A stretch of DNA of 64,000 bases from a virus (IMGVR_UViG_3300046660_000364:2201-66200), one strand, 5' to 3'; counted from the first letter of the stretch, positions 53,721 through 63,427 are shown. A program made the numbers and translations. Notes: generated by a model from the letters alone, not told the origin.

Positions 53721-54035
53721 ATGAACCGCTCTGACGAAGTTCGTCACATTGTGACGAAACCTGACGAGCGGTTCGTCACCCGCGATCCGTGGGTGATGAC
53801 CGCTGCCGAGCGCCAGTGGCTGCGCGACCGGCCCACCGCCACCGTGGTGCGGGCCGAGCAAGCCACATGGCCGCTGCTGCTGGCCGCTGTGGTCCTGCTG
53901 CTGTCAGCCTATACGCTCGACGCCTACCCGATGGTGCGCGGAGCACTGGCCGACATTCCGTGGGCCAGGATCTTCCACTACCAGCCCGTCTCGCCGATTG
54001 ACCCAGGCGACCGCAACGGGCTATTGCATAAATGA
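53721..54035 (+). CDS. Hypothetical membrane protein
   Basis: WPLLLAAVVLLLSAY hydrophobic segment. Confidence 0.55.
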   Translation: MNRSDEVRHIVTKPDERFVTRDPWVMTAAERQWLRDRPTATVVRAEQATWPLLLAAVVLLLSAYTLDAYPMVRGALADIPWARIFHYQPVSPIDPGDRNGLLHK

Positions 54036-54049
54036 AAGGAGTCTTAACC

Positions 54050-54391
54050 ATGACCGACCGCTACAAGGGCAGCAACATCAGCCCGTTCGCCTGCGGCCCC
54101 GACAAGGTGTGCATGGACTGCATGGCCGCGCTGCCCGAGGCCAGCATGACCCTCGTGCAGCGCACGCCGGGCCTGACCATGTACCGCTGCCCTGCCTGCG
54201 CCGCGCAGCGCCCGACGACGCTGGCTGCGATCCTGGCCTACGCCAAGGCGCGCTGGTGCTGGGATGACCGCACCATGCTGGAGGAGCTGTTCGACACCTA
54301 CGCCATGAGCGGCACGCCCGAGGAGTTCGTCGATATGTGGGCGCACAAGTACGACCTGACGGACCCGCGCGACCTGGGGATCAACCCATGA
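54050..54391 (+). CDS. Hypothetical Zn-ribbon protein
   Basis: AAGGAG RBS; CMDC..CPAC; PEEFV...A.KYDL. Confidence 0.65.
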   Translation: MTDRYKGSNISPFACGPDKVCMDCMAALPEASMTLVQRTPGLTMYRCPACAAQRPTTLAAILAYAKARWCWDDRTMLEELFDTYAMSGTPEEFVDMWAHKYDLTDPRDLGINP

Positions 54392-54579
54392 GCGGGCGTC
54401 CATCCGACGCCGTCGTCATAGCCGTCGCCCTGCTGCGCAAGAGCGGCGGCACGATGTCGGCCTATGCCGCCGCCAAGCAGGTCGGCATCGCCCTGTCCAC
54501 GATCTACCGCTCGGCGTTGTACAAGGCGTACAAGGCCGAGCAGAAACCCACCCCCAACCGCAAGGAGAAGAACCAATGA
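54388..54579 (+). CDS. Small HTH protein
   Basis: AYAAAKQVGIALSTIYR helix-turn-helix. Confidence 0.7.
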   Translation: MSGRPSDAVVIAVALLRKSGGTMSAYAAAKQVGIALSTIYRSALYKAYKAEQKPTPNRKEKNQ

Positions 54580-55067
54580 GACACAACGGAACCATCCAGG
54601 CCAGCATGGACGACATGATCGCCAAGTACGGCTGGGCCGTGCAGGCCGTGTTCGGCGTGCACGGCGAGCACGGAAACCCCCCGTTCAGCTACACCGTGGG
54701 CCTGGCCGCGAAGAACCTGCCGGAAATCATCGTGTTCGGCATTCCCCACCGCGTGGCGCACACGTTCCTGAACGCCCTGGCCCGGCGCTTCACCACGACC
54801 GGCGTGCCGCCCTTCGACACCGACCTGCACGACGTCGCCGAGGGCTACCCGGCGCGCCTGATACTGGCACCGCGCGAGGAATCGGACCAGTACATGTTCG
54901 CCACCAAGAACCGTTACCCGGACTACGCGGCGGTGCAACTGGTGTGGCCCGACGACAAGGGCCGCTATCCGTGGGTTGACGGCTTCAACCCGAAACTGGT
55001 CAGGCAGCAGCCGGTGCTGCGCGACATCTACATGGAGAGAAAATTGTCTAAGGAGAACCAGCCATGA
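54576..55067 (+). CDS. DUF4262-like protein
   Basis: GWAV..PFSYTVGL..PEIIVFG..QLVWPD..GRYPW. Confidence 0.8.
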   Translation: MRHNGTIQASMDDMIAKYGWAVQAVFGVHGEHGNPPFSYTVGLAAKNLPEIIVFGIPHRVAHTFLNALARRFTTTGVPPFDTDLHDVAEGYPARLILAPREESDQYMFATKNRYPDYAAVQLVWPDDKGRYPWVDGFNPKLVRQQPVLRDIYMERKLSKENQP

Positions 55068-55468
55068 GAACCACCCGCCATCACGCGCGGCATCAGACCG
55101 CGCTGCCGCCCGGCGACAACAGCGACGAGATCACGCTGCTGGACTACTTCGCCGCCCGCGCGCCGCAGGACATCCCCGACTGGTTCCAGCCGAGCTACCC
55201 CGAGTACGAGGGGCCTGCGTACCCAGCCATCCCCGAAGGCATCCCCGAGGAGGACCGCAAGATGCTCGCAAGCTGGACCAAAGACGGCTGCTGGGATCTG
55301 GAAGGCGAGTACGCCTGGTTCCAGGAGGCCGCAGAGACGTACCGGCAGGCGCGCGAGAACCACGACTACATGTGCAAGATGGGTGCCTACTACGAATGGC
55401 GCTGGGAGTACGCTGAGTCCATGGTGACATTTCGCAAAGCGGTCGTAGGCGATGAGGTGACATCATGA
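55064..55468 (+). CDS. Phage protein of the 'LRDYFAA' family
   Basis: TLLDYFAARAP..WRWEYAESM. Confidence 0.7.
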   Translation: MRTTRHHARHQTALPPGDNSDEITLLDYFAARAPQDIPDWFQPSYPEYEGPAYPAIPEGIPEEDRKMLASWTKDGCWDLEGEYAWFQEAAETYRQARENHDYMCKMGAYYEWRWEYAESMVTFRKAVVGDEVTS

Positions 55469-55680
55469 GCCACGATCCCGTCACCATCACCGCCGTCATG
55501 GACGACGATGTCGCTTGGGAGCTGGCGCAGTTCTGCAAGCGCAGCACGTTCAGCACGTTCTACGAGTTCACCGAGGCGCACCTGCCCCCGGACGAGCGCA
55601 CCGCGCTGGCCTACCGCATGATCCGCGGCATCGAGGCCGTCCATGCCGCCCTCGCCCAGCAGGGCTACGCACCACGCTGA
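55465..55680 (+). CDS. Hypothetical protein
   Basis: AWELAQFCKR..AY.M..ALAQQGYAPR. Confidence 0.7.
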   Translation: MSHDPVTITAVMDDDVAWELAQFCKRSTFSTFYEFTEAHLPPDERTALAYRMIRGIEAVHAALAQQGYAPR

Positions 55681-55704
55681 CCAACCACAACCAAGGAGAA
55701 AATC

Positions 55705-56022
55705 ATGAGTCTGATTCTGACCATCAAGGCATCGACCACCACGCAGCAGATCGAGGACGCGATCCGCTACCTCGACATGCGCAAGCACGCCATCGAGCGC
55801 CGCGACGACGCCGCCGCCGTGATCGCGGAGCAGGGAGACCAGGAAGTGCTGGAGCTGCACCATATCGACGGACTGGATGTGCTCTACTCGCCGACCTGGG
55901 GCTACGCCTACGTCAACCATCCGACCGGCGGCATTGGCGACAGCATGGTGCTGGACAACGGCGAAGCCGACTCTGCCGAACATGCCGCCCGCGTGTGGCG
56001 CGAACAGAACGGGCCACACTGA
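55705..56022 (+). CDS. Hypothetical protein
   Basis: AAGGAG RBS, 105 aa. Confidence 0.65.
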   Translation: MSLILTIKASTTTQQIEDAIRYLDMRKHAIERRDDAAAVIAEQGDQEVLELHHIDGLDVLYSPTWGYAYVNHPTGGIGDSMVLDNGEADSAEHAARVWREQNGPH

Positions 56023-56040
56023 ACCTGCCCGCGCCGCGCC

Positions 56041-56063
56041 AGCCGCCTTCGGGCGGCTTTTTT
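56041..56063 (+). terminator. Rho-independent terminator ending the plus-strand island
   Basis: AGCCGCC-TTCG-GGCGGCT followed by a T tract. Confidence 0.85.
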
Positions 56064-56385
56064 ACGTCCTGACGCGCCCCACGCAGGGCATGTCCCACTG
56101 CGCGCGCAGGCCGTCGCCGGCATCGGCGATGATCCGCGCCACGTAGCGCGCCCCTTCGCTCAGCGCGAGCGTGAACGGCAACGTCGCCCGATACACCCCG
56201 TTCGAGTCGGCCAGGTAGTCCATGGCGAGCGGCCAGTCGGTGCCGGGCACTGGCAGGCCGGCGCCGTCGTACAGCGCGACCGACACCCGCGCATCGCTGA
56301 CGAACATGCCGCTGTTCTCGTCGCGCAGGCCGGTCACGTCCACGATGGAGTTGTTGCCAATATAGAGAATATGGATGGTGCTCAT
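56062..56385 (-). CDS. Small beta-rich virion accessory protein
   Basis: 107 aa Ig-like pattern (WPL.M.Y...SNGVYRA). Confidence 0.6.
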   Translation of the reverse strand: MSTIHILYIGNNSIVDVTGLRDENSGMFVSDARVSVALYDGAGLPVPGTDWPLAMDYLADSNGVYRATLPFTLALSEGARYVARIIADAGDGLRAQWDMPCVGRVRT

Positions 56386-58484
56386 CGGTCGGGCCTCAGA
56401 TCAACGCGCCCGCTCAGGGCGGCGCGCATGCGGTTCGGCGCTTCCAGCGCGGGCTGGGCCTGCACCGTGCCACTCAGGTCCGGGTGCAGGCGCTTGGTGC
56501 CCGCCGTCAGCGTGCCGGGCTGCGGCAGGTACTGCGCCAGCACGCCCTTCGTGTGTTGCCGCTCCTGCGCCGTGGTGACGAGGGCATCGACGCCAACCAC
56601 CAGCAGGTTGCCGTCGCCGATGTGCTGCGCCTGGCCGGTCGTCAGCGCCATATCGACCGCCACGCCGGCCAGCAGATCCGCGTGCTGGCCCTGGCGGGTC
56701 GCGGTCGGCGCATCCGAGGACAGCCCGAACAGGCCGGCGACATGCTGCACCTGGCCGCTTTCAGTCGTGTTGACGCTCTCGGCGCGGACCTGGGCGCGCA
56801 CGCGCTGCTTCTGGTCGGTGGCGGCACTCGTATCCGCCGCGATCCCGGCCACGGCGCTGCTGCCCTGCCCCTGCGCGGTGGTCGCCTGCGCGACGGCAGA
56901 GACGCCGGCCTGTGCCTCGCTGGACTGGCCCTGGTAGGTCGCCACGTCCACCACGTAGGCGCTTGCCAGCTCGCCGGTCGCCTGCTGGGCGCTGGCGGTC
57001 GAGGCGGATGCCTCCACCACGCTATCGAGCTGGCCGCTGGCGGTCTGGGCCTGCGCGAGCTGGGCGCTGGTGTCGAGGCTGACCCCGGCCTCGGCGCTGC
57101 CGGCCTGCGCCTGCGCCGTGCTGGCCCCGGTATCGCTGGCGACTCCGACCTGCGCGCTGCTGGTTTGCGCCTGGGCGCTGCTGGCCGCGCTGCTGGCCGA
57201 CAGGGTGGCGGAAGCTGCCGCCTGCTGGGCCTGCGCGGTCGCGCCCTGGCCTGCTGCCGAGGTGGCGGCACTGGCCGCGCTGTGCTGCGCCTGCGAGGTG
57301 GTGGCGCTGACCGTGCTGGTGCCGAAGCTGGCGGTGGCTGCCGCGCTGCTGGTCTGGCCCTGCCGGGTGCCGACGCTGGCGCCGGGCACGCCCTCGACGA
57401 TGGACACCGCCGACAGCAGGCGGCGCGAGCTGACCGTGGTGCCGGTGATGCCGACGCTGGTCGCGCTCTGCGCGGCGCTGGTGATGCGGGTGCCGGTCCC
57501 GTAGAAATAGGTGCCGCGCGGGGTGGTGAACGCCATCCCGTTGGTCCAGGTCGCCTCGGTGTCGTAGCTGACGGAGACGACGGCGGCGGCGATGAAGCCC
57601 GCTGCTGCGGTATTGAACGGCCCCGCCGAGATCGAGGTGCTGGCGGTGTCGGTGACGTTCTGCGCCAGGTGGTCGAACACGGCTGGCCCCGGCGACTGCA
57701 CATGCAGCGCGGTGAGCACGCGCTGGCCGGTGGACACGTCCGCATCCCAGCTGACCGTGATGGCGTTGGCGCTGTGGCCGAGCGCGTTCAGGCAGTAGAA
57801 CCAGCGCAGGTGCCGGTTGCCGGTGGCCAGCCCGACCTCGCTGGTCGCCACATAGGTGTTGCCGGCGGTGTCGGTGACGCTCGCGGTGGCCGGCACGTCG
57901 TGCTGGACCGCCAGCAGGATATGGTTGCCGGCGATGACCTCGGCGGCCGGCAGCGCATCGCTGAACCCGTCGGCGCCGCTGGGGCCGTAGGTGACGTCGA
58001 GCAGGTCGCGCCGCACCAAGGCCCACGGCGTGGCCGTGGTTGCCGCCGCGCTGCTGCCCTGCGCCTGGCTGGTGGCGATGCCGACGGCGGTCCTGACACT
58101 GGCGGCGGCTGCCGCACTCTGGGCCTGCGCGGTCGCGGCACTGGCGGCGATCCCGACGCTGGCGGCGGCAGCGATGTGCTGCGCCTGCGCGCTGCTGGCG
58201 CTGTCCGCGTCCTGCACGAGCGCGGTGGCCGATGCGCTCTGGCCCTGCGCTGCGGTAACAGTGGCGGCAATCGCGGTGCCAGCCTGCGCGCTGCCGCTCT
58301 GGGCCTGGCTGGTGCTGGCGGTGCTGTCGGTAGTGAGCGCGCCAGTCCCAGTCGTGCCAATTGGCTCGGCCAGGTAGACGATGTCGAGGCTGGTGTTGTC
58401 CGAGCTGGAAGCGGCGTCCACATCGGCGAACACCTGGCCGAGGTAGACGATGTCGAGCGCCTTGCGGTCGTCGGCGGCGCTCAC
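56382..58484 (-). CDS. Fibre-like protein with ~19 20-aa TxQAQ repeats and an inserted beta domain
   Basis: ASTSQAQSGSAQAGT-type repeats with ~20-aa period flanking a ~200-aa non-repeat domain. Confidence 0.7.
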   Translation of the reverse strand: MSAADDRKALDIVYLGQVFADVDAASSSDNTSLDIVYLAEPIGTTGTGALTTDSTASTSQAQSGSAQAGTAIAATVTAAQGQSASATALVQDADSASSAQAQHIAAAASVGIAASAATAQAQSAAAAASVRTAVGIATSQAQGSSAAATTATPWALVRRDLLDVTYGPSGADGFSDALPAAEVIAGNHILLAVQHDVPATASVTDTAGNTYVATSEVGLATGNRHLRWFYCLNALGHSANAITVSWDADVSTGQRVLTALHVQSPGPAVFDHLAQNVTDTASTSISAGPFNTAAAGFIAAAVVSVSYDTEATWTNGMAFTTPRGTYFYGTGTRITSAAQSATSVGITGTTVSSRRLLSAVSIVEGVPGASVGTRQGQTSSAAATASFGTSTVSATTSQAQHSAASAATSAAGQGATAQAQQAAASATLSASSAASSAQAQTSSAQVGVASDTGASTAQAQAGSAEAGVSLDTSAQLAQAQTASGQLDSVVEASASTASAQQATGELASAYVVDVATYQGQSSEAQAGVSAVAQATTAQGQGSSAVAGIAADTSAATDQKQRVRAQVRAESVNTTESGQVQHVAGLFGLSSDAPTATRQGQHADLLAGVAVDMALTTGQAQHIGDGNLLVVGVDALVTTAQERQHTKGVLAQYLPQPGTLTAGTKRLHPDLSGTVQAQPALEAPNRMRAALSGRVDLRPDR

Positions 58485-58485
58485 G

Positions 58486-61329
58486 TCACGTCACCGTCAG
58501 GTCGTCGATCCAGTAGTTGCCGGTGGTGCCGACGCCATCCCACCAGAGCATCCAGAGTTCGACCACGCCGGATTCCAGCGGGGTCACGGTCAGGCCGGCG
58601 GCTTGCTCCCAGGTGTTGAGGGCGACCGGGTCGACCGAGGCGGTGGCATCAGCGTCGATCCCGGCCAGCGCGCCGCCGTAGATCAGCAGCGCGCCCTTGA
58701 TGCTGGCGAGGTCACGGCGACTCCAGACCTTGAAGGTCTTCGCCACGTTCGCCTGCAGCAGGTAGCGCCCGAGCGAGAAGCGCACCGGATAATTCGGCGT
58801 GCGGTAAGTACCGTTGATCGAGCACTTCCAGCTCAAGCCGGACGCGGTGTGGCGCGTCGTGATGTCGCTGCGGATCGTCCCCTCTTGGAAATAGATGCGG
58901 TGGTCGAGCGGATCGTTGCCATGCTTGTGGGAGTACAGCATGGCGTCAACAGGCTGAGTCGCGCCCATCGCGGCTTGGTTGACGAAGGTCGCCTCGGTAG
59001 AAAGCCCATTGACGAAGCAGACCGGAGTGAAATCACTGTTGCCACCAGACACGGACTGTAAGTTGTTGACGGTGACGTAGTTGCTGATGATGGCGTCGTA
59101 CACATTGGAATTGCCTGGACCGATGCCAGTACCGCTATTATTCCTTGCCACCACATAGTTCAGGCGGGTACGGTACTTGGCGGGCTGGATGCCACCCGAG
59201 CCGTTGTTTGACGCCTGAAGCGCCTTACCAAGCGCCTGTGAAGAATTTTGCGCAGCGATGCCGTAGGAACCGCAATTGAAACCATGAATGCCACTCAGCG
59301 TGTAGTGGCTGTTGGACGTGTTCAGAAGGAAACCATCGGAGCAGGCCACCGCATGGCAATTGGTGATGGTCGCGACAGCAGCACCGGCAGCGATGCCACT
59401 AGCGAAACGAGTTACATTGAAATAGCTAACTCCGATGAACTTGAATCCGGAAAGGTACACCCCATTGCCGTTCCAGTTGAGGCCATCCCACCACGTTTCT
59501 CCGCCATCCTGCGCACTCATGTCGGTGCGGTTCCAGCCGCCACTGTAGGTGATCGGGTTTCCGCTGGCACCGCTCTTGTTGATAAAGTTGTTATTCGTGT
59601 TGTTCACGATCGGGTACATCTGCGTCGTTTCGCGCTTGTAGGTCGCCACGGTCTCAGTCGCACCGTGGTAGCCACGCAAGGTGGTCACGGAAGCACTGCC
59701 GATGTTGTCGAGAGTGACCGCAGTTCCATTGATGCTAGAGATGGCGAACCAGCTATCCTCCAGCTCGGCGTTGATGCAGGTCCAGACCACGGTGCCGTCA
59801 GTGACAGTCTTGCTCCATGCAGCAGGCCACGTCGGTTCGGCAGAACCAGAAGTGCCAGCGGTGGTGACTTGGTACAGGAAGCCGTTTCGGTTGACCTGAG
59901 TCGGGCGGCGGCGGTCGCCAAGCGCATAAGCGGTCGATGCGGCCCAGCTCTTGTTGTGGACCTTGCCGATCAGCGAGCGGTGCGTGAGCGAATCTGGCGA
60001 AGACGATGCCTTGCCGGCGATGATGTTGTCGAGCCAGATGTTGACGGTGCCGGGGTCTGCGTCCGCGTACAGTGCCACCGAGGCCACGTTCGACGGCAGG
60101 GCCGCGCCAGTGTCGATCACCATCGGGTGCCAGTTGTTGGCAGCCGGGTAGTCGGGCAGGTAGACCGACTGGATCGGCACGTCGCCGGTCGTGTCCGAGC
60201 ACAGCACGAGGCGCATGGTGCCGCCCAGCAGGACATTGTTGGCCTGAAGCCAGAACGATACCTGCTGGTAGCTGGAGAGGTCGAGCGCGCCAGTGGCCCT
60301 GTACGCGATCTTGCCGGTGGTGAATGCGGCAGCGACGGTGATTATCTGGAAGCCGGTGCCCTCGCGGCGTGCCGTGCCGGTGCTCGCCGAGGCAGTGACG
60401 TTGGTCGCTGCCGTCCATGCGCTGTCGCAGGTGTCGATGTTGGCCGTGACGGCAGCGGCGAGAGTGACGGTCTTGCTGTACTGTGTCCACGTCGCATTCC
60501 CGACCAGCGTGTCGTCAGGAGTGGCGCGTAGACGGATCGTATCACCAGCCGCATGGCGTGCTGCGGTCGGGCCGTTGGCGATGGTGCGCCAGCGGTTGGC
60601 GAACGAGCTTCCGCTGCCGTCGCCGCGACCGGGAACCAGCAGCATGACATTATGAAACCACGGGTCATCCTTATACGTGCTTGGCAGCGCGGCGGCTGGC
60701 GGGGTGAATGCGCCAGCATAGCGCGCCACGCCACGAGTCAGGCGGAAGTCCTGGATGTAGCCGGGGAAGTGTTTCGACGGCGAATTGTCATTGCCGATGA
60801 CGACATTGCTGGTCTGTGCCGACAGCACGCTGGTGTCGGCCACCGAGTTCTGCGGCGCACCATCGAGGTACAGGCGCGCCGTGCTGGCATCGCGGTCGAC
60901 CGCGATGTGATACCACTGGAGCAGGGTTGGCGTGAAGGCAACGGTCAACGCGCCTGCGGCGGCGGTGCCGGAGGTCGACCACTGGTACTGCAGCTGGCCG
61001 GAGGCGTTCATGCCCACGCGCCAGCTCAGGCCGCTGGTCGCACCGTCGGCCCACTGGCCGAACATCGTCTCGACCGTGGTGGCGGAGTGGCTGGTGAAGT
61101 AGACCCAGGCCTCTGCGGTGAACTTGTTCGCGCCGAGCTGCAGGCCGTTGCTTGCAGTGACCGGGAACGTGATGCGCGACGCCGCGGCCGAAGAAAAGTC
61201 AAGCGAGCGCGAACCGTACTTGGCGACGGCAACGCTGGACACCGAAGTCAAGGTCTGCGTGCGCCCGAACACGGAAAAGTCGGAGCCGAGATCGTCACCG
61301 CCCTCCGGGTCCAGGTAGAGCGTGGTCAT
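58486..61329 (-). CDS. Tail fibre/spike-like protein: LamG-like domain, carbohydrate-binding repeat, beta-helix
   Basis: FTAEAWVY..WYHIAV.R..LYLDG..GYIQDFRLT.GVARY (LamG); WAASTAY..GTSGSAEPTW..TDGTVVW; Asn/Gly beta-helix. Confidence 0.75.
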   Translation of the reverse strand: MTTLYLDPEGGDDLGSDFSVFGRTQTLTSVSSVAVAKYGSRSLDFSSAAASRITFPVTASNGLQLGANKFTAEAWVYFTSHSATTVETMFGQWADGATSGLSWRVGMNASGQLQYQWSTSGTAAAGALTVAFTPTLLQWYHIAVDRDASTARLYLDGAPQNSVADTSVLSAQTSNVVIGNDNSPSKHFPGYIQDFRLTRGVARYAGAFTPPAAALPSTYKDDPWFHNVMLLVPGRGDGSGSSFANRWRTIANGPTAARHAAGDTIRLRATPDDTLVGNATWTQYSKTVTLAAAVTANIDTCDSAWTAATNVTASASTGTARREGTGFQIITVAAAFTTGKIAYRATGALDLSSYQQVSFWLQANNVLLGGTMRLVLCSDTTGDVPIQSVYLPDYPAANNWHPMVIDTGAALPSNVASVALYADADPGTVNIWLDNIIAGKASSSPDSLTHRSLIGKVHNKSWAASTAYALGDRRRPTQVNRNGFLYQVTTAGTSGSAEPTWPAAWSKTVTDGTVVWTCINAELEDSWFAISSINGTAVTLDNIGSASVTTLRGYHGATETVATYKRETTQMYPIVNNTNNNFINKSGASGNPITYSGGWNRTDMSAQDGGETWWDGLNWNGNGVYLSGFKFIGVSYFNVTRFASGIAAGAAVATITNCHAVACSDGFLLNTSNSHYTLSGIHGFNCGSYGIAAQNSSQALGKALQASNNGSGGIQPAKYRTRLNYVVARNNSGTGIGPGNSNVYDAIISNYVTVNNLQSVSGGNSDFTPVCFVNGLSTEATFVNQAAMGATQPVDAMLYSHKHGNDPLDHRIYFQEGTIRSDITTRHTASGLSWKCSINGTYRTPNYPVRFSLGRYLLQANVAKTFKVWSRRDLASIKGALLIYGGALAGIDADATASVDPVALNTWEQAAGLTVTPLESGVVELWMLWWDGVGTTGNYWIDDLTVT

Positions 61330-61796
61330 TACTCACCTGCCGCGTACTGGATCGCCAGCCACATGTCGTGCAGGGTCTGGAGGCGGCCCAGCAGGGCCGT
61401 GTAGTCGTCCGTTCCCATCTCGAACGCCGCGCTCACCTGGGCGTCCGTCAGCTCGGCGTTCGCCAGGCGCTCGACGATCCAGAACGCCAGCCGGGCCGTA
61501 TCGCTGCCGGAGGTGGGGCGGTAGGCGGCGCGAAAGCGCACGGCCAGCGCGGGCGCGTCCTGGTAATTGAGCGTGAACGGGCCGCCTTGCAGCATGTCGC
61601 GCAGCTCGCGGTCGGCCGCCGCCGCATTCAGCATGTCGGTCACGCTGGTGGCGGCGGCGACGATCTCGGTGTCGTCCGGTTCGTGGTCGAACTCCAGCTG
61701 CTGGCCGGACTCGTTGCCGTCGTCGGACAGCACCACGACCACGCTCCAGCTGCCGAAGGATGGTTCGACGCTGGCGGTGCGCACGTAGGCGTACAT
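61329..61796 (-). CDS. Hypothetical protein in the fibre module
   Basis: AGGA RBS, 155 aa, coupled to the next gene. Confidence 0.6.
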   Translation of the reverse strand: MYAYVRTASVEPSFGSWSVVVVLSDDGNESGQQLEFDHEPDDTEIVAAATSVTDMLNAAAADRELRDMLQGGPFTLNYQDAPALAVRFRAAYRPTSGSDTARLAFWIVERLANAELTDAQVSAAFEMGTDDYTALLGRLQTLHDMWLAIQYAAGE

Positions 61797-61804
61797 AATG
61801 TTTC

Positions 61805-62224
61805 CTACAGGCCAGAACTTGCGTTCAGGACATCATGCGTGAAGGAACTACAGGAGACAGTCTGACCGGCGGCCACGCTCGTCGTCGCAATGATCATGTT
61901 CGCCGCGGTGGTGCCGACCGAGCCGTCCATCACGACGGTGGTGCCGTCGGATTTGAACGCGCGGAAAAAAGTCGCGGTGCCGGTGTTGTCGGCGCTGGAG
62001 TCGGCGGTGATCGCGTTGAAGGTGATCAGGCCGCCCGAGGCCGCCGGCGCGGCGGTGGCCGAAAAGCGCAGTTCGGCCAGCAACGTGTTGCCCGACAGCG
62101 CGGTATTCGCGGTGGCCGGCTGGGTGCCGCTGTAGATGCGCAGGTAGCCGTTGTTCAGCAGGGCCGACAGGGCGTCCGCCTGGGCGTTGACGGTGGCGTC
62201 GGCAAGCTGGGTGTTCATGGTCAT
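61805..62224 (-). CDS. Virion structural protein (IYSGxQP family), paralog of 27085..27855
   Basis: LRIYSGTQPATA..LLAEL..GTATFFR..DGSVG. Confidence 0.75.
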   Translation of the reverse strand: MTMNTQLADATVNAQADALSALLNNGYLRIYSGTQPATANTALSGNTLLAELRFSATAAPAASGGLITFNAITADSSADNTGTATFFRAFKSDGTTVVMDGSVGTTAANMIIATTSVAAGQTVSCSSFTHDVLNASSGL

Positions 62225-62274
62225 GGTAGGTCTCCTTGCCAGGCGTTGACGCTGACAGACAGGTGGTCAAGACG

Positions 62275-62301
62275 AAAAAAAACCCGCCGGAGGGGCGGGT
62301 T
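62275..62301 (-). terminator. Rho-independent terminator
   Basis: AACCCGCC-cctcc-GGCGGGTT followed by a U tract. Confidence 0.8.
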
Positions 62302-62366
62302 CGATGGGGTTGCGGGTGGCAGGACGGGTTACGGCGCATGCGCCGGCGCCCTGCACTCCCGCAGAA

Positions 62367-62642
62367 TCAGTCGGGTGCTTCGGTGAAGGTGACGTAATAC
62401 TTCTTGCCGACCACGAGCTGGTCGACCACGTGCTGGTTCAGGATCGTGGCGCTGAACTCGGCGCAGGGGGTCCAGTGGCCGAAGATGGCGTTCTCGCTCA
62501 TCGCCTGCTTTTCGGTGGTGCCTTCCCAGACGGCGCCGAATTTCACGTAAGCGCCGGTCAGTTCGCCGCCGGTGTTGCTGCTCGATCGGGACGGGGTGGT
62601 GCTGTGCAGTTGCAGTTTGCAGACCATGATGGCGTCGTTCAT
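62367..62642 (-). CDS. Small conserved phage protein
   Basis: CK..EN..F..WTP....I.N......G..YYV.F; AGGAG RBS. Confidence 0.7.
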   Translation of the reverse strand: MNDAIMVCKLQLHSTTPSRSSSNTGGELTGAYVKFGAVWEGTTEKQAMSENAIFGHWTPCAEFSATILNQHVVDQLVVGKKYYVTFTEAPD

Positions 62643-62908
62643 GACGTTCTCCTATAGGGTGCCCGTTGCCGGGCCGGTATAGGGGGTGGCCTTACAGTGT
62701 TGCGCCCCTGCTGGAATTGGAGTTTGGTAACTAGAGGGCGGGTGGTCATCAGCGAGGGGGTCGCCGTCCGCTGCTGCACGGTTTGTCGCTGACACCCGAG
62801 AACACCGGGTATTCGCCCGAGTTATGCACACCGAAAGGGCCAGGTTTCAGCCACGACAACCCAATGGGCTATGCAGTGCCGTCAGGATACGGATTTGTTG
62901 AGCAGAAT

Positions 62909-63427
62909 TCAAGCCAATTTTGCGTCGGCGTCCTCGCGGTCGCTTCGCAGCTTCTTGTTGGCTCGGAACATACCGCGCCGCACATAGGCGTCCAGCTCCT
63001 CGACCATGTCGAGCACGTAGTCGCGCAGCCGGAACTCGCAGCGCAGCTCGGTCTTACCGCTGCCACTGCACAGCGGGCAATCCTTCTCCGACAGCACCGG
63101 CGCGCCCAGCACCTTGACCTTGCCGTGGCCGGTGCAGGCCGGGCAGACGGAGTTGAGCCAGTAGCGCAGCGACTGGTAGGCCACGCGGTCCGGCGAGATG
63201 TGGTCCGGCCAGGTGCGGCGCACGGCCTTGCCCGACACCAGCCAGGTCCATTCCTCGAGCACGCGGCGGTAGCTGGGCGCCTCGATGCCGAACTTCAACC
63301 GGATGAGCTGCGAACTGAACCCGCCGGCCAGGGCCACCGCCATCAGCACTTCGGGCGCGGTATGCAGCGCGTCGTTGCGCAGGTTGCCCGACAGGGTGGC
63401 GCGGGCGTAGCGTTCGGCAAGGAGCAT
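62909..63427 (-). CDS. Late antitermination protein Q-like (zinc finger)
   Basis: ERYARA..S.NL; W....CPACTGHG..CPLCSGSG; lies upstream of the structural genes. Confidence 0.6.
   Translation of the reverse strand: MLLAERYARATLSGNLRNDALHTAPEVLMAVALAGGFSSQLIRLKFGIEAPSYRRVLEEWTWLVSGKAVRRTWPDHISPDRVAYQSLRYWLNSVCPACTGHGKVKVLGAPVLSEKDCPLCSGSGKTELRCEFRLRDYVLDMVEELDAYVRRGMFRANKKLRSDREDADAKLA

Noticed and set aside
42488-62267. Shared 10-mer gacaggtggt upstream of 42468 and 62224
   Set aside because: Too short, flanks do not align, and it may be chance; not supportable as a late promoter or recombination site.
62643-62909. tRNA genes after the Q-like gene
   Set aside because: No cloverleaf or GTTCRA T-loop in a tRNA context found by eye; tRNAscan-SE would confirm.
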